DNA of 64,000 nucleotides from contig OX597822.1 in assembly GCA_951406725.2 (NCBI GenBank), positions 50,468,001 to 50,532,000 on the forward strand, read 5' to 3'. Positions 56,490 through 64,000 of the stretch are shown here, one piece after another. The position numbers were made by a program, and so were the translations under genes. The notes under the pieces were generated by a model. That model was not told the DNA's origin. It was given only the letters and a program-made list of their open reading frames with translations, and did no database searches. Source of the stretch: Octopus vulgaris (Eukaryota). Positions within the stretch are counted from its first letter, which is position 1, and every line of letters begins with the position of its first letter.

Positions 56490-58992
56490 AAGGCACTCAC
56501 GAAATGATAATAATAATGATAATAAGGCACTCACTCACGAAAGGCACTCACGAAGGCCCATAATTGGAAATCCCCCTGTAAAGGTAGGGTGCCGAATTTC
56601 TGGCACGCATCGCTCCCGTGCGCACACGGTAAGCTAGTTCAGCTGCTCAGTGGAATTTTGAGAGACCCAAAGAAAACACCTGAATGGTTAGCAAGTGGCA
56701 TTACTTACCTACTCCCAAAGAATAACGAAACCAACCTTCCAAAAAACTATCGGCCTATAACCTGTCTATCCACCACGTATAAAATCCTAACATCTATCCT
56801 GGCGGAGAAAACATATGCATTCATGGAGAAGAACGATATTTTCCCCATTGAACAAAAAGGGTGCCGCCGAGGCTCTTACGGATGCAAAGATCAACTGCTA
56901 ATCAATCGTATGATCCTTGAGAACTGTCACAACAAGCGCAGAAATCTCAGCACCGCATGGATTGACTATAAAAAGGCCTTCGACAGTATACCGCATCCAT
57001 GGATCTTGAGATCGCTGGACATCTTTAAAATTTCCCCTGTGATTTCAAACTTCCTGAAGCACAATATGTCGTTGTGGAATACGAATCTCCAATTATACCA
57101 CTCTAATGGAGTACTTGCCTCAGAAAATATAAACATCAACTGTGGAATTTTTCAAGGTGACTCACTTTCACCTTTAATATTCTGCATAGCCCTAATACCC
57201 CTTACAAGTGAATTAAACAGAACAGGGTATGGGTATAAAATTGCCAATAAAAAAATAAGCCATCTATTTTATATGGATGACTTAAAACTTTATGGTAAAG
57301 ACAATAATGAACTTGAAGGCCTATTGCGCACCGTGAAAGCATTCAGCGATGACATCGGGATGGAGTTTGGACTTGAGAAGTGTGCCAAGGCCACTTTCCA
57401 GAAAGGGAAAGTGAAGACCACAAATTCAGTCTTGTTAGATGTTGACACAGTCATAAGAGAGCTTGAGCAAGAACAGACATACAAATATTTAGGGATAAAT
57501 GAAGGCTCTGGTATTCAGCATGCAAGCATGAAAGAGAAAATCACGAAGGAATGTTATAGGAGAGTTCGTGCAGTCCTGAAATCTGAACTAAATGCACGTA
57601 ACAAGGTGTTAGCTATAAATTCCTTAGCAGTTCCAGTTGTTACTTATAGCTACAATGTGTTGAACTGGAATATGAGTGAAGTAAAGAATATAGATAGAAA
57701 AATACGCAAGCTGCTGAGTTGTAATAGGATGCACCACCCAAAGGCAGACGTAGATCGCCTTTACCTTCCCAGAGCCCAAGGAGGTCGAGGCCTGATCCAA
57801 TTTGAACTAGCTTACAAAACAACCACAATTGGACTGGCCAAATATCTCGAAATATCGAATGACTGGATGCTAAAGCTCGTGGAAAATCACAAGAGACGAA
57901 AGAAGCTTCATTCTATCATCAAGGAAAGCAAAATATTTGCCATTGATCTCGTGCAGGATACCCAAACTGAACAACCCGAGGGAAGTACGGCAACTATTGT
58001 TGCAAAGAAGGTGAAAATGATGGCAATGAAAAAAGCGCACGAGCAATTGGCTGATAGGTGGGAGGAGAAACCTCTGCACGGCAAATATGTGACCCGCAGC
58101 AAACAAGCTGATGTTGACCAGAAGCAAACCCATCAGTGGCTGCGGAGCTCAGGGCTAAAAGCAGAGAGCGAAGGTTTCATCCTGGCTGCTCAAGACCAAA
58201 GCCTATTAACCCGGAACTACCAGGCCAATGTGATGAAAAATAGAGCAGACCCAAAATGCCGATTCTGCAACGACATGATTGAAACAGTGGACCACCTAAT
58301 CTCTGGATGTAAAGTCTTAGCACCAGTGGAGTATAAATTAAGACATGACAGAGTTGGCCAATATATCCACTGGCTAATAAGTCGGCATTACAATATCAAA
58401 ACTGCCGACAAGTGGTATAATCACCACCCTGAGGCTGTAACTGAAGGAGAAAATGTAACCATTCTGTGGGACTTTCCAGTACATACAGACCGAACCATCA
58501 AGGCCAATAAACCAGATAATGTTGTGAAAGACCAAAACAATAAAGTTTGCTTATTGATCGACATGAGCATCCCCTGTGATCATAATATCTCAGCGAAAGA
58601 GTTTGACAAGCTCAGAAAATATAAAGACCTACTCATTGAAATTGAGAAAATGTGGCATCTCAAGGCGGTTACAATACCAGTGATCGTAGGAGCACTAGGA
58701 ATGATCAAGAAGGGAACCGAAAATTATATGAGAATGATCCCTGGCTTACCATCCCTGCAAGAAGTGCAAAAGATTGTCTTAACTGGTACATCACACGTAT
58801 TGAGAAGAGCATTGTCGATGTGAGAACTGTTGCTGCTCATGTATTTTAATTTAACTTTAAAAAAAAAAAAAAAATGAACGAACTACTGAGTTTGGTTTAA
58901 TGGCCTACCAATATACACTATGAGTTTCTTTGCCCTAGGAGTCGGGAAGACACTCGGCAAGAAATGGAAGAAAATTTGAAAGAAGAAAAAAA
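56490..58992 (+). mobile_element. Young 5'-truncated R4/Dong LINE inserted in (AAT)n
   Basis: Uninterrupted RT-CCHC-REL frame, 3'UTR and A-run; (AAT)n at 56350-56490 and 58993-59127. Confidence 0.93.
56589..58823 (+). CDS. R4/Dong reverse transcriptase plus CCHC plus restriction-like endonuclease (744 codons, lacks native N-terminus)
   Basis: NYRPITCL, WIDYKKAFDS, GIFQGDSLSP, YMDD, CRFC..HLISGC, RHD and KPD..IDMSIP..KLRKY. No internal stops. Confidence 0.88.
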   Translation: MPNFWHASLPCAHGKLVQLLSGILRDPKKTPEWLASGITYLLPKNNETNLPKNYRPITCLSTTYKILTSILAEKTYAFMEKNDIFPIEQKGCRRGSYGCKDQLLINRMILENCHNKRRNLSTAWIDYKKAFDSIPHPWILRSLDIFKISPVISNFLKHNMSLWNTNLQLYHSNGVLASENININCGIFQGDSLSPLIFCIALIPLTSELNRTGYGYKIANKKISHLFYMDDLKLYGKDNNELEGLLRTVKAFSDDIGMEFGLEKCAKATFQKGKVKTTNSVLLDVDTVIRELEQEQTYKYLGINEGSGIQHASMKEKITKECYRRVRAVLKSELNARNKVLAINSLAVPVVTYSYNVLNWNMSEVKNIDRKIRKLLSCNRMHHPKADVDRLYLPRAQGGRGLIQFELAYKTTTIGLAKYLEISNDWMLKLVENHKRRKKLHSIIKESKIFAIDLVQDTQTEQPEGSTATIVAKKVKMMAMKKAHEQLADRWEEKPLHGKYVTRSKQADVDQKQTHQWLRSSGLKAESEGFILAAQDQSLLTRNYQANVMKNRADPKCRFCNDMIETVDHLISGCKVLAPVEYKLRHDRVGQYIHWLISRHYNIKTADKWYNHHPEAVTEGENVTILWDFPVHTDRTIKANKPDNVVKDQNNKVCLLIDMSIPCDHNISAKEFDKLRKYKDLLIEIEKMWHLKAVTIPVIVGALGMIKKGTENYMRMIPGLPSLQEVQKIVLTGTSHVLRRALSM

Positions 58993-59039
58993 AAATAATA
59001 ATGATAATAATAATAATGATGATGATGATGATGATGATG

Positions 59040-59127
<88 letters not shown>

Positions 59128-60209
59128 CTGTTCTCAGTATTTAAGGAAGCTGACAAATACAAACAAGAAATCATACCACCTAAATCATACCACCTAATAA
59201 ATATGAAGAAGAAGAAGAAGAAGAAGAAGAAGAAGAAGAAGAAGAAGAAGAAGAAGAAGAAGAAGAAGAAGAAGAAGAAAAGCTATAAAACAAATGAAAT
59301 CCAAACTAAAAATAGAACAGCAACGAACCATGATAAAACGATGGCAAGAAAAGCCCCTTCATGGTAAATACTGGACTAAATTAAGCGCAAAAGAAATAGA
59401 CAAAGAAAAATCCAAGCAATGGTTGAGAAGCTCAGGACTCAAAGCAGAGACAGAGGGAGTTTTAATTGCAGCACAAGACCAAAGCCTCCCCACCAGAAAT
59501 TACCAAAAACATGTAATGAAAAGAAATATAACAAGTAACTGCAGAATATGTGGAGATGGACAAGAAACAATAAATCATATTATCTCTAGCTGCCCAGTCC
59601 TGGCTAAGAAGGAATATATTCACAGACATGACAGAGTTGGAACCTACATACACTGGAAACTATGCCAACATTATGGAATAACAACAGAAAAAAGATGGTA
59701 TAGGCACACACCAGAAAAGGTCACGGAAAACGAGAAAGCAACCATACTCTGGGATATGCCGATACACACAGATAGAGAAATTAAGGCCAACAGGCCAGAT
59801 ATAGTTGTCAGAGATCATGAAGAAAAAAAATGCTTTCTAATTGATGTATCAATACCGGCAGATGACAACGTGTCTCTAAACGAAATGGAGAAACTCTCAA
59901 AATACAAAGACCTGGAAATAGAGGTAACTAGAATTTGGAATCTGAAAACAGAAACAATTCCTATCATAGTAGGTGCATTAGGCATGATAAAAAATATTCA
60001 GACAAATATAAAACAAAAACTCCAGGACTTACAAACACATATAACATAGAGAAAAAAATTGCACTACTAGGCACTGCACACATCCTACGCAGAACACTTT
60101 CCATACAATAACCATCAGAGCATCACAACAAATCACAACACATACCCAAGGCACACAGAGCTGCGTTCGGTAGTGAAGTGAAAGCATGCTATAAAAATAA
60201 AACTACTGA
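59128..60209 (+). mobile_element. 5'-truncated R4/Dong copy, same family as 34441-39008
   Basis: High nucleotide identity to 37807-39008; ORF 59294-60049 with CCHC and REL; (AAT)n on both sides. Confidence 0.92.
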
Positions 60210-60220
60210 ATAATAATAAT

Positions 60221-60285
<65 letters not shown>

Positions 60286-60864
60286 TAAAAACATAGGTTT
60301 GCTCTCTGAGGACAGCCCCAAATGAATTAAATTTACGTCTAATAATTCTAAGATTAAGAATTCTATATGTCTACTTCTACATTGGCGCATCCTCTTCCCA
60401 GTTATCTAAGAGAATTTCCAACCATTATTCTTCATTTAGGGATAGCAGTAAACGCTATAGCACAGGGCTATGTAAATTGGTTTGGTATCTTAAAGACAAC
60501 AATAATGATTTTAAGTTAGATTGGTTCATCCTGTCCATATCTTTCCTTGTGATAAGGGCAAAGGATTTTGTAACATTTGTAACTCTGAACTCTTCCATAT
60601 TTTCTTCTCTAAGAATCAACTTGTTAAAACATTTATAGAGCGTTCTTACAAATGTAAGCACTGGCAGAAACATAACTTTAGCTCATATAAGTGATTTTTA
60701 CCAGTCTTTAGAGTTTGAACATTTAGTTCAACGTGAACTTTACTTCAATAGAGAAATCTACTTCCAAGCCTTTGAACATCTTTTCAACCAATATATCCCT
60801 CTTTATTTGTTCTCTACTTAATATTTCTTTACCCCTTCTCTTCCTAGGGGTCTGCATTTGACGT

Positions 60865-61186
60865 CGGATCTACTGGATTTCGTACATGGAAACTGAAAGG
60901 AGACTGCTATATATGTCTATATTCGTGTGAGTGTATGTATGTGACTGTTTGTACCACCACCATTGCTTGACAAACGTTGTTTCTTTCTTTACGTCACCTT
61001 AACTTAGCAGTTCCACAAAAGACACCGATAAAATAAATACTAGGCTTACATAGAAGAAATATTTGGCTTGATTTGTTCGACTAAATGCGGTGCTCCAGCA
61101 TGGATGCTGTCACATTACTGAAACAAGTATAACAATAAAAAAACATGCCATTTTAATCCCGAGCAACGCCTGGTATCTCTGCTAGT
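60865..61186 (+). mobile_element. SINE-derived fragment ending in a Helitron-like 3' terminus
   Basis: SINE body followed by CCCGAGCAACGCCTGG (imperfect hairpin) and tatctctgCTAG|T. Confidence 0.6.
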
Positions 61187-61346
61187 ATACTATAACAGAA
61201 TACAAATTCGTTCAAGTGGCGAAACATTGAGTGTGCGGCTACTATGTCGTTAGGATTAAAGGGATCCCAATGTTAGTTGGATCGTAGTTGTGGTAGTCTA
61301 AATGTATATCATGCAGCAGATTCGCTTAAATATATGAAGGTGAGAA

Positions 61347-61577
61347 GGCCGGTGAGCTGGCAGAAACGTTAGCACGCCGGGTGAAATGCGTAGCCGTATT
61401 TCGTCTGCCGTTACGTTCTGAGTTCAAATTTCGCCGAGGTCGACTTTGCCTTTCATTCTATCGGGGTCGATAAATTAAGTACCAGTTACGCACTGGGGTC
61501 GATATAATTGACTTAATCTGTTTGTCTGTCCTTGTTTGTCGTCTCTGTGTTTAACCCCTTGTAGGCAGTAAAGAAAT
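61347..61577 (+). mobile_element. tRNA-derived SINE, full length
   Basis: A-box tggcagaaacgttagc, B-box gagttcaaattt, and a central gcctttcat..tcggggtcgataaattaagtacc block. Confidence 0.85.
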
Positions 61578-62346
61578 ATATATGAAGGTGAGGCTGATCG
61601 TCCATTTTAGGGGGAAACGTAAATGCAGAAGAGATCAGACGGTCAAATAAAGAATTTACATTGATGTCCATCATGAGGTGCTTGTGGGAAGTAGTGTGAA
61701 GGAATGAGATTATGATATAGACAAAATAATTTCTGGTGTCGTACGGCAATGGTTAGCATCTCATTGTTTATAATTAGCAGCTCGAGAAAACGCTACTCTT
61801 CAACTCATTATGAACTGTAAATGTGAACACAGGAAATTGTTATCGTTCAAAAATGTTAAAACAATATTGATTAGTCGCCGATTTCAGAGAGTAGAATTGG
61901 TACGAGAAAATTCAGTAAGAAATTGGCGCCGTACGTGGGAAGACACAGACTGAAATATTTCCATAACTGCAATTATTTGGAGAGATGTATTAACTGTAGT
62001 GAAAGCAGTACATTTATTGCATGTGAAATAAGAAATATTTTTTTCTAAATAGGGACGCATCAACTTCATTAAGAAATACAGAAAACTGTAATAGATCTCC
62101 GACTCCAAAACATACCCATTCATAACCACTCAGAATCCCAAAAGTTGCAAGCTAATCACATCACTTATAGAAATAACATCCACTTTTAATCATTTGCCAG
62201 CATGAAAATTATTGCCTCAAGATGACTTCGTACGTTATCATGGTTGTGTGGTACTCAACATTCCATTTCACATAACATTCATTCTACTAGAGTAATGACT
62301 TTTTTTGTCACCTAGGGGTATCGTACATCACATTAAATACCATATA

Positions 62347-63560
62347 TACAGGGTGCAGTGAATAAACTGTCGTCTCAATTACACAAAAATTAAAATAACA
62401 CTGACATCCCATTTTAACAGATATATTTACCAAAATTATTTTAAAATATCTTGATATACTAAAGGTAAAATCGCCATAGGCGTAGGAGTGGCTGTGTGGT
62501 AAGTATCTTGCTTATCAACCACATGGTTCTGGGTTCAGTCCCACTGCGTGGAACTTTACGCAAGTGTCTTCTACTATAGTTTCGAGCCGACAAAAGCCTT
62601 GTGAGGGGATTTGGTAGACGGAAACTGAAAGAAGCCCGTCGTATATATGTATGTGTTTATATATGTATGTGTATTTGTGTGTCTGTGTTTGTCTACCCCA
62701 CCCCCAACATCGCTTGACAACTGATGCTGGTGTGTTTACTTAGCGGTTCGGCAAAAGAGACCGATAGAATAAGTACTGGGCATACGACGAATAAGTCTTG
62801 GGGTCGATTTGCTCGACTAAAGGCGGTGCTCCAGCATGGCCACAGTCAAAAGACTGAAAAAAATAATAGTGTAAAAGAGAGTAAAGAATATTGGCTTCAA
62901 CCACGACCTCCAGACGACATCGGAATCTCCTGCAAATCTTCTGGTTGTCCTTGCCTTCAGCTCATCTTTAGTGTTACACGGAATTTTGCTAGTCTCTCGC
63001 TCAGCTGAGCCCCACACAATAATCATGGGCGTTGTAGTCTGGGGAGTTAAGTGGTTAAATGTTAGGAGAGATGTGGTCGTAGAAATTGTCTGCCAGCCAT
63101 TGCTGGTTACTGCCATTTATGTGGCATGGTGCCAAGTCCTGTTGCTAGTAGCGACCCTCTTGAGCCAGGGCAGGACGACTTCATCCAGGCACTTGTTGTA
63201 GGTATCCGTCTTGAGTGTGGTACCGTGTGGGAAGACGAATGGAGTCATAACGTCACAATTACTAGTGATTACTCCAAACACCATCATGTTGACTGGATGT
63301 TTGATTTTTATCACACTCGGTACATGTCCTCAGATAGCGCTCTCCTCAGATTGACACCAAGCACTCTCAAATGTTCGTATTGGAGCTTCCGTTACGAATG
63401 CCAAGCAGTAGAATTTGTCATTTCCTTGCGAAATCGCTGTTGACCTGCCTATACTTCGGAGGATTTAGGGAGCTTGTGTTTCATCGTGACTAAGAGTTGT
63501 TCTGACTCATGACTCATATATGTACCAATGCTGGTGTTTAAGAGCACCATTTGTCATTTT
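62347..63560 (-). mobile_element. Tc1/mariner-superfamily (maT-like) relic with a nested SINE
   Basis: Minus KHPVNMMVFGVITS..PFVFPHG..VVLPWLKRV, PNSPDYN and ERETSKIPCNTKDELKAR; terminus tacagggtg at 62347. Confidence 0.75.
62477..62880 (+). mobile_element. tRNA-derived SINE (family of 6379-6768)
   Basis: Colinear with 6379-6768. Confidence 0.85.
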
Positions 63561-63609
63561 AGTTATGCCTATATGTATATATATATATATATATATATAA
63601 GATTATCGT

Positions 63610-63860
63610 AGAGGGAATTTTCTTCTGTCTTGATACTGGATTATTTGAAGCATTTCATGAGCCAAAAGATCATATTAAGTACATGAACGTAGCATCCAAC
63701 CATCCACTCTCACTTATACAGGGACTAGTTAAGAATATTTCTACAAGAATCTCTAGATTATCTGCTAAAAATAAAATTTTCAAATTTCAGGCATCTTATT
63801 ATAATCATGCTCTAACTAGGGCTGTGTACCGTGAAAAATCCAATATATATAAGAAGTAGT
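63610..63860 (+). mobile_element. Penelope-like RT thumb fragment
   Basis: LDTGLFEAFHEPKDHIKYMNVASNHPLSLIQGLVKNISTRISRLS..ASYYNHAL. Confidence 0.75.
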
Positions 63861-64000
63861 TATACACATCACTGGTAATTCCTCCAACTGCGATGCACAT
63901 TGTATACCACCACAACTTTACCGTTTGAGAACACACTGAGGTACAGAATGCAGGCCAGAAAAAATTGGTCATATGAATGAACTACCAAAGAAAACTTATA

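Overview
AT-rich, microsatellite-dense eukaryotic DNA made mostly of transposable-element debris. The SINE families resemble those I recall from Octopus genomes; this is recollection, not a search. No host protein-coding gene can be called with confidence. The window holds six R4/Dong-clade REL-endonuclease LINE insertions, including one near-full-length degenerate copy and one young 5'-truncated copy with an uninterrupted 744-codon RT-CCHC-REL frame. It also holds four mariner relics, one Tc1/mariner-superfamily (maT-like) relic, CR1/L2-like and RTE LINE fragments, a Gypsy gag/pol relic, Penelope-like fragments and tRNA-derived SINEs. The standout is 23.4-25.6 kb. There, nested inverted repeats (one with ~380-bp arms) abut ~2.35 near-identical 507-bp non-coding tandem units. 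Each complete unit carries an apparently intact type I hammerhead ribozyme, which is a retrozyme-like architecture predicted to release a 507-nt RNA. Several decayed minimal hammerheads are scattered elsewhere. Coordinates of old relics are approximate and were read by eye.
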